A DNA stretch of 64,000 nucleotides from Dicyema japonicum. Its lineage: Eukaryota > Animalia > Dicyemida. Of this stretch, positions 50,251 through 61,637 are shown piece after piece. The notes below the pieces were generated by a model. The model was not told the DNA's origin, searched no databases, and saw only the letters and a program-made list of their open reading frames with translations. The stretch's first letter is position 1; each line of letters starts with the position of its first letter. The DNA is taken from contig RDEW01000029.1 of NCBI GenBank assembly GCA_011109175.1, forward strand, positions 755,472 through 819,471, read 5' to 3'. The position numbers and the translations under genes were made by a program.

Positions 50251-51900
50251 TCAATGGTGGTCCGGAAGAGACAATCCATATCGTCGAGCTGTTGCATTTT
50301 CAGGTAGCAGGGTGCCCCCCGAAGAACGTAGTTCAGCTTCTGTGCTGACAAGGCGTTTCTTAGCAGGAAAAAGGAGGTATGTGCGTCCAGCATCTCCAGA
50401 CGTCTGAATGTTGTTTTTAGTTGATGTTCTGTTATTAGAGAGTTATTGATTCCAGCATCAGTAAGAGGGCATCCAAGTATTTCTAGTTGTTCTGATTTGG
50501 TTTCTGTAGCTTTAAGAATGACCACTCTGAACATATCAAGAATCAAGTCCCATTCAGGCTGCGGAAATCCAAAATTGATAACTTCACACTTATTGGTGTT
50601 TTGGGTTAGGCATAGGGATTCCAATTCNGATGGGTAGTATGTGAAGCATTCCTCAAGAATTGTGTCACGTCGTATCGAGTTGAAGGCATTTTTAATGTCA
50701 ATTTTGACGATTACAAAAGGAATGTTCTCGTTCTTTTCGGTGAATGTTCGGACAGCGTGAACTGCCGCTTCACAGCCCCCAGGTGTGCCGACCCCTACTT
50801 GGGCCGGTAGTAAATGTGTTGTCAACGTAGGCAGGATTGCTCTGCCTACAAGCTTCGAGGCCAACCGACGAAAGACCAGGCCAATAGTAATAGGGAGTAT
50901 TCTCCCTCCCTTCTTGTCGAATGCGATTAATTTGGCGGAAAACATTACGTGTCGAATTGTTTCTGGCAGTATCCCTGATAGCATCCTGTTCATTAGTCTG
51001 GTGATAGCCAGCACGAGCCGGACACCAGAGTTGCCCGTGTTATGAGCGGTAAGATCTTTGAGGTGACCCCGACGGAGCCCATCTAGTCCACCACTGCTGC
51101 TCGTGACGACAGAAATGATCCCATCTTTTATGTCCTCTTCAGAGACAAGTAAATTGGGTGAATGTCCTGGGCAAGGAGGGATCCGGTGGTCGTCCAGGAG
51201 ACTTGGGTGGCGCTCAACAAGTGATGCGTAGGACTGTTCAGACAACTCAATTATACGGTTTTGATCTGAAAGGATCCTCACTGCAGCACGGATTCCACCT
51301 TCCGAAAGTTTTCGATGGATCGCACTTCTTAATCTCTGAGTGTCCGAGATAGCCGATGTTGGTTTCTCATGGTTTTGGGATTTGTAGGTGGGCTTTTCTG
51401 AGTCTGTTAATAGGTTCCTTGAGAAGAATGTGTGGACATTCTCCTTTACTAATGACGTAAGTGATTTCTCTTCTTTCACCCTCTTATGGGGTGTGCATAG
51501 TGTGAATGGAGCGAAACAAAATAGTCGTAACCAATCCTCAGAGTCGTCCGAAAAAACTTCCCTTTCGATACACTCACACAGACAGTCCGCGACAGAAATA
51601 CGGGCAGCTTTGGGGATCCTGATCAGGAGTCTTCGTGTATGTGTCAGGTTTGAGATCATTTCAAGTATTTCCTGATGGTCAAGTGGGGCATGTTTAGAAG
51701 GGTAGCGTAGGGAAGAGTTTGTCGTATTATCTAAAAGGAGACATGCCCGACAGTGCCAATCGGAAATGACCGCCAGGGCTCTTTTAGTCATTCTGGCACA
51801 GGACATGTGGAAGCCACCCGAGCAGGCCGTGCAATGGATCATCCTCTTTCTTTTGTTCATCGTGTTGCATTTTTTGCAGTTGTAAATAAACCCGAAAGCG
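50217..51900 (-). mobile_element. PHD-CRE 5' two-thirds with an intact C4HC3 PHD finger
   Basis: CKKC-x10-CTAC-x4-HMSC-x13-WHCRAC (51741-51878) is in frame with RIPKAAR, GLDGLR.GHLKDL, QVGVG..GCEAAVH and KIDIKNAFN. The QGD/YLDD core is deleted. Confidence 0.9.
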
Positions 51901-52491
51901 GAATTTAAATTTGTAAATTAAGTTGCCGATTATTGATATGTTTTTCATAGTAAGCTCTTTCTTTATTTTCAGATATTTGGAAGTTGAATCTTTCATGATT
52001 ATAATTTGTGAAAAAAGACGATATGAATCTATTTAATTGATAACAAAACTTGTCTTTGTGTAAATCAGCCTGGAGTAAACACAAGAATGTCATGTTTCCA
52101 CATGCGGACTTGAATCCATAGCGACAGAATTTGCAGTCGCCTCAATTTTTTTATTCTTCTTGGACAAATCACTATTACTCCAATACGGGACTCAGTGAGG
52201 TATTAGATGATCACTATTGATAGGAATAAAGCCTGCTCAACTTTCAATACCGTCGTCAGAAAATACACAAATTACAACAATTGCATCTAACACGTTAAGA
52301 GAATCATTGTCGTGGAAGTTATCTCGGAGATGGTAGAGACATTCCTTGTGTCCCAGCGTATACAGAGCGCGGTCACAAAAATGCCTGAAGAATCCTTCTA
52401 CTAGGGGGCGCACGAGAGAAGACAGCCAATCAGAGTTAAATGAGCGAAAGAAACCTGTTCAGTAACACGCGAGCGAATGGATGTAGAATTA

Positions 52492-52672
52492 CATACATAA
52501 GGGCACTTCCGCGTCTGCCATAAGCTAAGTGCCTAAGGTTTCGCTCGTGCCAACCACATAATTTTTTAAGAGCAAGAGAGAGAACAAGGAGTGGATCTCA
52601 GGATGGAATGTCGAGCTTCTCAGCCTTCAGCCGCACTACAATAAAAAGAAAATATAACACAAGAGAATAACT
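52492..52672 (-). mobile_element. SINE family B insertion with an inverted 5' part
   Basis: 3' tail on - (52492-52590), internal segment on + (52591-52688), and a 16-bp direct repeat aatggat(g/a)tagaatta at 52476-52491 and 52673-52688. Confidence 0.75.
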
Positions 52673-52689
52673 AATGGATATAGAATTAA

Positions 52690-52950
52690 TAAAAACAAAA
52701 AATAGCTTGAACCAGGGGCCAGAAGCGCTGGAAGACAGCGCCTGGTCGATAAAGACTGAGAGGGATTTAGCCACAGTGAGCCTGGCCGATTTTAGAATCC
52801 TGGCCGGAATGATGGATTCGCTTCGGAAAGCTGATATGAGTTTAAGAAATGCCAAAGGGGTGGGATGGCGCTCGGGAATTGAGAGTGAGGTAACTCGGGT
52901 AAATTAGGAACAAAGCAGCTCGGACACTTCCAGCATTAAATCATGGCCGA
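52690..52950 (-). mobile_element. PHD-CRE 5' fragment
   Basis: WKCPSC (PHD end), then IIPARILKSARLTVAKSL..WFKLF. Confidence 0.65.
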
Positions 52951-52994
52951 GCTGGCCCTAGAGAGCCCGGCGCAGGATAAATAAAAGTACAGGG

Positions 52995-53095
52995 GGCATG
53001 AGGAGCAGCTGAGTGGTCTAGTATTTGTTACTAGTCCCCCTTGTCCTGGGTTCGAGTACCAGGGGCTGCCCGTGCCGGAACTCCGCTTGGGAAAT
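52995..53095 (+). mobile_element. SINE family-B-related tRNA head, truncated
   Basis: A box agctgagtgg and B box gggttcgagtacc, then ggctgcccgtgccggaa as in family B. Confidence 0.6.
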
Positions 53096-53759
53096 GGATT
53101 TTTGGCAGGAAAAACAAGTTGTCATGTGAGAGAAAACTTAGTAGTTAAAAAAAATGATAATAAATTTATGTCACAGTCCGAATAAAATACACGCCGAATA
53201 ATTACATTCTTTAATTTTACTGAATTTACAAATTTACACAACAAAATGTTTAATTGTTATTAAAAATATGATTTCTAATTTAAAATTCATTAATTTTTAA
53301 TAAAAAATTATTTTTATTCTACGCACTTAAGCTTTAATTCGAGTTCATGTATCGTTCATGCCGCTCGATTGACGATGCATCAAAGTTAGGGTCCTTCATT
53401 TCTTTGATTTTTTCTAGTGTTTCCTTATATAGTCTCACTACAAGCATGTTTTCACGCTTTTTTAAGTAAAAAATAATAATGTGATTCTAGAAAATAAATA
53501 ATCAATTATTTATTCTGTCAGACTAATTTTTTTAATTTCTATTTTTTTCGTCCATTTGTTTTTATTCGGACTGGGACAATTTATAATATAATAAAAATTA
53601 ATTCAGACACATTTCTCAGTTGTGCGAAAGTTTTATTTATTGAATGAACTTATGGATTGATTGAAATTCGATTGTCATTCGAATTTATTAACTAATTTGA
53701 TTAATTTATAAGTTCATTAAATTCACAAAATCGAATACCGTATCACAAATCGATAAACC

Positions 53760-54140
53760 AAAAATTAATAAATCCAAAAATCAAAAATAACTATGGAATT
53801 AAATTACGAGGTTAGGAAGAAAAATTTTTTTTCCTCCCCTTGTATTTGACTCCACTTTTCGATATTGTCCACGCTAAATTTTTTAATATCATGTTACTTA
53901 CAGAAAGAGAATCCTTCTGTACCCGAACTTTTAGCTGCAGCAATCTCTAGGCATTCGTGCCCTAGATTGACTGCAGCTCGGAAGGAGCGTTTATTATTTT
54001 TAGGGTATCTAGAAAATAAAATAACTAATGTATACGTTTTTGCATGTCTTATCACATTTTGATGAAATCATGTCGATTTTCACCCACAACTGATGTTACC
54101 ACCACCTCACCAACTATTTCTAGCACAATTGCTTCCTAAA
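53760..54140 (-). CDS. Candidate micro-intron gene fragment, unidentified
   Basis: Introns gtatacattagttattttattttctag and gtaagtaacatgatattaaaaaatttag flank YPKNNKRSFRAAVNLGHECLEIAAAKSSGTEGFSF. No complete model. Confidence 0.35.
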
Positions 54141-54330
54141 ACTTAAATATATAATCATACACAAGGAGAAGAAAATTTATTCGAGTCTGATTTCAGAACC
54201 GAACAAATGGAGGATGTCGTTGGCCTGGATTCGCCCCTAAGAGTTTTTTAACTTACAATACCTTAATTTATTGCGAATGTGATTGCTAAAAGGGACACAC
54301 CCTGCGAATCCAGCCAACAGGCCATCTCCA

Positions 54331-54706
54331 GGCCAGGTAGCCGAACGGTTGAGCACCCCTAACCGGAAATCTCATGGTTCCGGGTTCGATTCCCAGAGGC
54401 TGCCTGTGCTGGAAGCTCCGATCGGGTTTGACGAGTAACGCCGTCATGGACATCTTATCATACACGGACTCCGCGTGGAATGGATCTCCGGATGAGATGT
54501 TGAGCTTCCTAACGTTTTAATCAGCCGCACTACAATAAAAAGAAAAACTTAAGACAAGAGAAATTAAAGGACCTCCTTATTCGGATTTAATTAGAATACT
54601 TAACTCTCTTGTTCTCCTTTCTCTTGCTCTTAAAAAATAATTGTGTGGCTTGCACGAGCGAAACCCTAGGCACTTAGGTGCTTATGGCAACGCGGTAGTG
54701 CCGTTT
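54331..54706 (+). mobile_element. tRNA-derived SINE, family B, full length
   Basis: A box tagccgaacgg, B box ggttcgattc, core gggtttgacgag at 54424, A-rich then pyrimidine-rich spacer, and a gcac..gtgc tail. Confidence 0.88.
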
Positions 54707-55569
54707 ACATTTTTTTACAAACAATCTCCAATTTGTTTAATTTTGGAGACCTCGTCAAAGTCTATAAAATTAATTTAGAAATGAATACATTTTACGACTT
54801 TCTTGTTAATTCTTTTCGTTCTCCGGGAGTCGGCTACTAGCACGAATCCCCTCCTCGAACGAATGCAGACAATCGTTGTTCCTGATACGTTCATCTTATT
54901 ACAATGAAAATTGAAACTATTTTCGCTCTTTTTAAAAGTTTATTTGATTTTTTCAAAAAATTGTGATCATTTTCGACAAAAATGATATAGAATTTGGCAT
55001 TGTATTGGAAGATAAGCTTTTTGCTGGAAATGCTGGCAGACTTTTTAGCACATGGAGACATTTCATTGGATTGCAGAATTGTTACGTTCATGCTTATTAC
55101 ACACATAAATCTTTAATTGATAGCATACCTTTCGGGGCATTCTACGGAGTTTCAGAAAATAATCAAGTCTAGAAATGCATAAGGAAACCTCAGAAGAGGC
55201 AAAAAAAATAAAGAACCAGTAAATCCCTACACACGGAAATCTTTAGTAAAAGGCGAAAGATTTATACGCTTTGCATAGGAATCAGGGTACTCGTGATATT
55301 TCTATGTTTCCAATATAATGACTTTTTAAAGTAAAATTATAATATCTTAAAAATTGCTTTAATATCTTGTAGGCAACATTTTATAATTACATAATTTTCA
55401 GTGACATATTCTTTCTATTATATTAATATTAATAAAGTATTTATATTTAAATAATAATTTAAAGTAATTATATTTAAATAGTACCTATAAATACGCCCGA
55501 CACAAGACAACCTGGGTAGGTTGTAGAAAAAACGAACAAGGAGAGGAACTAAAAATATATAATCAAATA

Positions 55570-56000
55570 GATTATATTTTGTGCAAGCAGTCCCAGAAGA
55601 GATTATTAGTCGACTCCCGTTCGTTCGGAGGAGCCCTGACAAACAGCGATCATAAGATCGTAGTCAGCAGATTAAATCTGAGAAGGCTTTACGGAATTTT
55701 GCATGCAACTCACGCACATGCTAGTAAAACGCAAAGGATTGGGGGTGAGGAACTAATAAATAACCCTGCACTCATCACGAAATACCAGCAGCGATTGGAT
55801 TATTATCTTTCCAACATTCCCATGGATGGCTTACCCCACATAGTGTGGAAAAGAACTTCAGAAGCTATAATAACGGCTGCCAAAGAAACTGTCGGGATTC
55901 ACGATACTACACTGAAGGGAAGGTATAAAGGACCATACAACTCAACCGTCAATGAATTGTCTACACGTCAACGAGATTTAAGACTCCAAATGGNATGTGG
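55570..56000 (+). mobile_element. RTE-type APE fragment
   Basis: DSRSFGGALTNSDHKIVVSRL..YQQRL motifs. Confidence 0.75.
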
Positions 56001-56220
56001 ATATTTTGGGGCAAGAAGCTTTGTCCAATAACATTAAGATTTTTCTTTTCTGACTAATCATTTTTTCATTAATTTTTTGTTAAGCCAGGATTTAAAAAAT
56101 GTCTCGTCATCCACGAATTTTTAGAAGAAGAGTATAAACCCAGTCACCTTTCTTCAAGAAAACTTTGGAAAGTATCTCATTTGATGGTTAAATTAAGCGA
56201 CGATTGAGTGTTTGTAACTA

Positions 56221-56550
56221 AATCTCTTGGTTCCGGGTTCGATTCCCAGAGGCTGCCTGTGCTGGAAGCTCCGATCGGGTTTTACGAGTGACGCCGTCAT
56301 GGACATCTCATCATACACGGACTCCGCATGGAACGGATCTCCGGATGGGATGTTGAGCTTCCTAGTCTTCTTCAGCTACACGCAAACAAAAGAACAGTTA
56401 AAAAGACAAGAGAAAACTCTCCCACCTCGGATTAATTAGAATTAATAGTTACTTGTTCTCTTTTGCTCTTGTTCTTGTGTGGCTGGCACAAGTGGAGGCT
56501 CAGGTACATGCGTGCCTCTGTCTTCGCGGACGTGCCGCTATTATTATTAT
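56221..56550 (+). mobile_element. SINE family B, 5'-truncated, third tail type
   Basis: Matches 54370-54650; tail gcacaagtggaggc..gcctct..gtgccgc(tat)n. Confidence 0.85.
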
Positions 56551-56673
56551 TAAGCGATGATTGTTGGAATGCACGTATTCGGATGTTTTCAGAACCATGG
56601 AAGAGGATCGAAATGTGAGCTCTATTTTTTTGAATACTACTAAGTAAATTTTGTCATTTGTGTAACTTATTTA

Positions 56674-56910
56674 CAGTCAAACCCCTTCAAACCGATTTTT
56701 CTTGGGACCTACAGAATTGTCCGGTATAGAGGGGAGGCCGGTATTTTGAACAAGTCATTAAATTTACTTATAACGAAAAAGTGAAACAGTAAAATTAATT
56801 AAAATCTGTCAATAAGGATTGCCTCGTATTTTGCTTCGATTCAGCAATCGCTTTACTGTTCAGATAGATCAGTCTGTTGACGGGAAGTAGTAATGCAGGG
56901 TTTTTATTGC
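56674..56910 (+). mobile_element. Possible Tigger-like MITE
   Basis: TA followed by cagtcaaacccc, a pogo-type terminus; right end degenerate. Confidence 0.4.
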
Positions 56911-57019
56911 AAGCAAAGTGGCAGATTTGGTCTAGCATTTGTTAATTTCTTTATATGTTTTGGCTCTGTTTGCTTATTTATTTTATTTTTATTCACCAAG
57001 ACCACAGTAAGACCGAACT

Positions 57020-57285
57020 AATTAATGTGTGATCCCGATGCAAATCGCACGGCGGAGATCCTCCGGGAAGGTTCGATCCTGTGCAAAGTGCATCGTCCTG
57101 AGGCGACGATGTCCCAGGGGGAGAGATTCTATTGGTCCTTTTTCGGTGGGCCTTAGGTTCCACCTGAGCGTTTCCAAATCCAATTGAAGATTCCAAGTGA
57201 ATTGGTGGACCACGTAACGCCACGCTAAGATCCGATAGGAANAACTGGCCCAGCATTTCTTCCATCCGAGTCTAATCGAACCGAG
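57020..57285 (-). mobile_element. I/Jockey-like LINE 3' end
   Basis: Ends gggatcacacattaattag (family 3' motif); related fragment at 60760-60870. Confidence 0.6.
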
Positions 57286-57307
57286 ATTCGAATAAAAGTA
57301 TTTTGAG

Positions 57308-57595
57308 TTGTTCATTTACGAGGTCATTGGAAATAATCACGTGTGGGTCCCAACTCACACATATAAGGTTGTTTTGTGCCAGTCTCAAAATGATACTTAT
57401 TTGGGGGCCTTTATGATTCGAAATGCGTGCTGTGGGTACCCAGAAGATTTTTTGTACAACATGGTATTTTTTGAAACTTTGAGTATAAATTAGGTCAGTA
57501 TTGATGAATTGGAACAAGATCTTGGATTTGATTTTTTCCCGGAACTTGATAGAACAAATGTCAAGGATTTACGTGAATATCTGAAAAAAGATTAG
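57308..57595 (+). pseudogene. EXOG: 3' half of an EXOG/EndoG-family sugar-nonspecific nuclease gene
   Basis: YEVIGNNHVWVPTHTYKVVL..LGAFMIRN..|VSIDELEQDLGFDFFPELDRT..* with a 30-nt intron (57464-57493). The catalytic DRGH half was not found upstream. Confidence 0.7.
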
Positions 57596-57769
57596 ATTAG
57601 TTTAAAGATTTTTTCTGGTTTTTTCTTGGTTATATATTGATATTTATTTCAGATTATTTCATCTTATTAGGAATTTTTTTATTTATTCTAATTATTTTGA
57701 TGAATTAATTTTAATTATGTTCATTTTAGAAAGTATTAATCATTTTATGGAGTTACTATTATTCTTTTG

Positions 57770-60300
57770 CCTACAAGAGATGAAAATCGAAAATGGACGC
57801 GGTGAGACATGGAACAACTACCGACTGATTCTCTTCCCAACTGAATGCAAGCACTGCGGCATGGGATTTCCCCTACACGTGGATTACCTCAAAAAATTAC
57901 ATCGCTTTTGGAAAGTTAACGACCGAATATGTGTTCTACAAGTCAAACTAAACGAACTATACCCGTCCAAGAGTCTATTAACTGTCATAAATATCTATAC
58001 ACCACACTGTAGACGAGTAGTCAAGAACCCCGGTGAGCTCGAGGAATTCTACTCAGAATTATAGGGTTTTCCGAGCTTTAGCGTCGAAAGCGCAAGCATT
58101 AGTGTTGATGCGTCAAGCATTAGTGTTAATGGATATATCAACCACATATTCTAATAATGCTTTTTCGTCCCATATCTTTGTTGCGAGAGATATGAATGCA
58201 AATATGAAAGGCGAATGGGACCAGAAGAATCCTCTATTAAGACATGGGCGCAGAAGGAGAAATGCATCTGGAACCTCTCTGGTGAACTTCTGCGAGGAAA
58301 ATAGCCTTTTCCTGTGCAACACGGCCTTCACGCACTCACCTTGACGACGTGGCATAGACAGAGAAAAAACTCTGTCGGGGAGACCGTGAATATATATAAT
58401 CAAATCGACTACATTATCTGCCGAAAGTCCCATAAATACCTGCTAAACGATACACGTTCCTACCAGGGGACAACAACTGACAGCGACCACGGGATCATCA
58501 TTGCAAAACTTTGCGTAAAAAAAGCACACGACTGGGAAAAAATACACTGAAAACGCGAACGAGGCGAGATAAAGGCCCAATATACACTTTCAGACAGAAA
58601 AATTGTGGTTAGAGCCCACTTATAAAGACAAATATCACAAGCAAATCGAGACTCTTATGGAGAAAACCGCACCGGAATCATCAGTACGAACTCTGTGGGA
58701 TCAAACAAAGCAGGTAATCTCCAAGTCGGCCAATATATGCCTTGGTGTACGAAATCATTGCGCTCTAAAACTGGATCACCACCCGAACGTGCCAGATATG
58801 GCAAAACATCGCAGAGAGCTACGGCTAAAAACGGCAAACACGTCAAACGAGATTGAAATAAAAGAGCTTAATACCCAACAAAGGGAACTAAAGTGGAAAA
58901 TCAAAATGATGAACAGAAAACACTCACGGGAAATTATTACATCCCTATTAAAAAATGTGGAATGCCCAAAGGACAATTCAAGGATGTATGCGGCTGCTGC
59001 GGACTAAGAAAAGACAAAACATCCTTCACATCAAAGACACAAATGGAAAATTCGTGGGTAACCCGAAAGAAAAAGCAGAATTGATTGCACTACATTTCGA
59101 AACACTGTTGAATATAGAAAATAAGGACTTCCCCTTTCCAGTGAGAAGCAAAGGCGCTAAAAATCCCAATCACAGTGGAAGAGGTGGAATCAGCGATAAA
59201 TAAACTGAAGAACAACAAGAGTGCTGGGCCAGACAACATAAGCCCTGAACTCCTAAAATATGGACCAAAATTGCAAAACCCTTAATGACATCTTTGAAAC
59301 TAATACCGAACTAAGACTTGGAAATGCATCATTAATACCCATACAAAAACAGAACAAATTAGAAGGACCAGTAGAAAATCTCCGCCCGAGAATACTCCTG
59401 AATTCGATATACAAGGTGCTGGCAAACATTGCACTAAGCTGGATAAAGGGTGTAGCTAATCTATACTTACCAGCAAGTCAAAGTGGGTTCCGAGAAGGGA
59501 GGTCTACGGCAGACATTGTATGGAGCCACAGATGGCGCTGTACAACGCACCAAAGATTCAAGAGCGCAACGACTGTGTTGGGAATAGATCTCTCCAGAGC
59601 TTTCGACTCAATAAACAGGCAGAAACTGATGATTGTGTTTGAGCAAATATTGGATGAATCGTTGGTTAAGATAATCAGATTACTATTGGCGAACACAAGA
59701 TTTTCTGTGCGGACAGAAGGAGCAACTTCCCGCAGTTTCAAAACGACGATTGGGACACCCCAGGGTGATTTTCTCTCCCCTTTTTTATTCACCATATACC
59801 TTGAATCTGCACTCCGCGATTTCCGTAAATGCTATATAGGAGACATAGAAAAAACATCTTATGCGGATGCTGTGGATTTCGTATCACCGGACGTGGCCGC
59901 ACTCCAACACCTACTAGAAAATGCACCTAAGGAGCTTGGTAAATGGTTTCTCAGCGTAAATGTAAACAAATCTAAAATTACGGAAATCAAGGGAGATGTG
60001 GTAGATTCCCGGTGGAGGGTATTTGAGCATGTACTAAGAATGAAGCCGGACGCAACCGCTAACGAAGCGATGGAAGATTACTTTGACAGTTGCGACAAAC
60101 CCTTCCGCGGGCGACCTAGATCGACACTTCCGACTGCCTTAAATAAAGACCTAAATCGTGTGAGGAAAAACCTAAAGACGGGGGAGGACCTGGACGAATT
60201 GAGATCACTCGCATTCGACAGAGGAAGATGGAAAAACTAACTATAAATATTGTTTCTTTAAGTGTAGCACATGCGGGGCATTTCGTGAAAGTGCCATAAT
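57770..60300 (+). mobile_element. RTE-type LINE, long, decayed
   Basis: APE (LCNTAF, NQIDYI, SDHG); RT ORF 59260..60240 (ENLRP, GIDLSRAFDS, GTPQGD, YADAVDF); C-terminal GRPRSTLP..DLDEL; gcac..gtgc(taa) tail. Confidence 0.9.
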
Positions 60301-60459
60301 AATATTATTCTTTTGGTACCGACCGGGTTTGACGAGTGGAGGTCTATGTTGATCGACACAAACAACTCCTTCTCCCTATCTCTGCATTCGGTTAGCTAGT
60401 TATGACTGGGTTGCCACCACGATGTGCAACTTGGGGGTTATGAAAAAATTCTTTTGGTC

Positions 60460-60760
60460 GAGGTGGTGAGCCGAGCGGTCGAAAATTCGTTGTTGACTTC
60501 CTTGGTTCCGGGTTCGATTCCCAGTGGCTGCCTGAGCCGGAAGCTCCGATTGGGTTTGACGAGTGACACCGTCATAGACATTTCATCACACGCGGATTCC
60601 AAATACAAGTTGGTCTTCGGATGGGACGTCGCGAGCTTCCTAGTCTAGAACAGCCGCACACCAATGAAAAGAAAACTCAAAGACAAGAGAAACTCACTCA
60701 TTCATAATTTCGGATTAATTAGAATAAATAGTTACTTGTTCTCTCTTGCAGGTGTGGTCT
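60460..60760 (+). mobile_element. SINE family B, diverged copy; tail replaced by a LINE fragment
   Basis: B box ggttcgattccc, core at about 60552, and ggaagctc/gagcttcc stem. Confidence 0.82.
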
Positions 60761-61181
60761 GTCTCAGACAAGATTTCAGTGCTTCCAATCAAATGGGGAA
60801 CCAGACCCATTCGAATTTCCAATCGATTAGACTCAGACGGAAGAAATGCTGGGCCAGTTACTACCCAAATATTGTTAAAACACAAAATTAAATGGTTTCT
60901 CCAAAATTTTCTTGAGAATCGGTTACAGCGAGAATTTTTGATGCATTGCTCAACCGGGACTCATCCCAGTTTTGGCACGTGGATGAAATAACTCACTATC
61001 TCCTACCATCAGAACCCTGACTTATTTACACAAAAAGCACCGCGCTTGATTCACAAAAACTTGCCTAATTTAACATTTTAAATTAAACTTAGCAGTACGT
61101 GTTTTGAAAGATAGTCTCAAAATAACATTATGTTAGTATGTCCTAAATTAGTACGATTATCTGGATTAGAAGAGAGTCAGA

Positions 61182-61637
61182 CTACACAAGAGTGCATCTG
61201 TCATAAGATACAAATTCACATCCTCTACTATATATTACACTCTGAAATAAACTAGTAAGAGATATAGTAAGCAACATACTTTTCCTGATTCCGGCACCAT
61301 CGGCGTCTGCGCCACTAATCGTATTGTTTCCATCTGTAGAAATATTTTCTTCGTTTCCAATCGTATTGATCGTATTGTTTCCATCTGTAGAAATAGTTTC
61401 ATCGTCTCCAGGCGTATTGACCGCATTGTTTCCATCTGTGGAACTAGTTCCTTCGTCTCCAATCGTATTTTCTTCATTTAGTCCCAATGCACTCAAAATA
61501 GTTTGTCTGTCATTTCCAAATTCTCTAAATTCTGCAATCAATTCTCGACTGGGGATGACATTTCTATAATTACGAATAAGTAGACTACAGTTTATTTTTC
61601 TTATATAAAATACTGCTTGCATCATCATTATCATCAA
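61182..61637 (-). CDS. Candidate last exon(s) of a surface protein with 17-aa acidic repeats
   Basis: Three copies of an NTIGDE..STDGNNTI-type unit (51 bp), then hydrophobic MLLTISLTSLF. Upstream micro-intron-like segments contain stops. Confidence 0.45.
   Translation of the reverse strand: MMIMMMQAVFYIRKINCSLLIRNYRNVIPSRELIAEFREFGNDRQTILSALGLNEENTIGDEGTSSTDGNNAVNTPGDDETISTDGNNTINTIGNEENISTDGNNTISGADADGAGIRKSMLLTISLTSLFQSVIYSRGCEFVSYDRCTLV

Noticed and set aside
54208-54330. About 27-bp imperfect inverted repeat as a MITE
   Set aside because: Single copy in the window, no TSD recognised, several mismatches; insufficient support.
54331-54405. Functional tRNA genes at SINE heads
   Set aside because: A and B boxes are present, but acceptor and anticodon stems do not close, and each head runs into a repeated SINE body.
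54410-54510. Hammerhead ribozyme in the SINE core (UUGACGA, stem, three-way junction)
   Set aside because: C3 is U and the required GAAA after stem II is absent (GGAC/AGAC in family B, another helix in family A). The - strand CUGAUGA is not conserved in family B. Kept only as a structured core.
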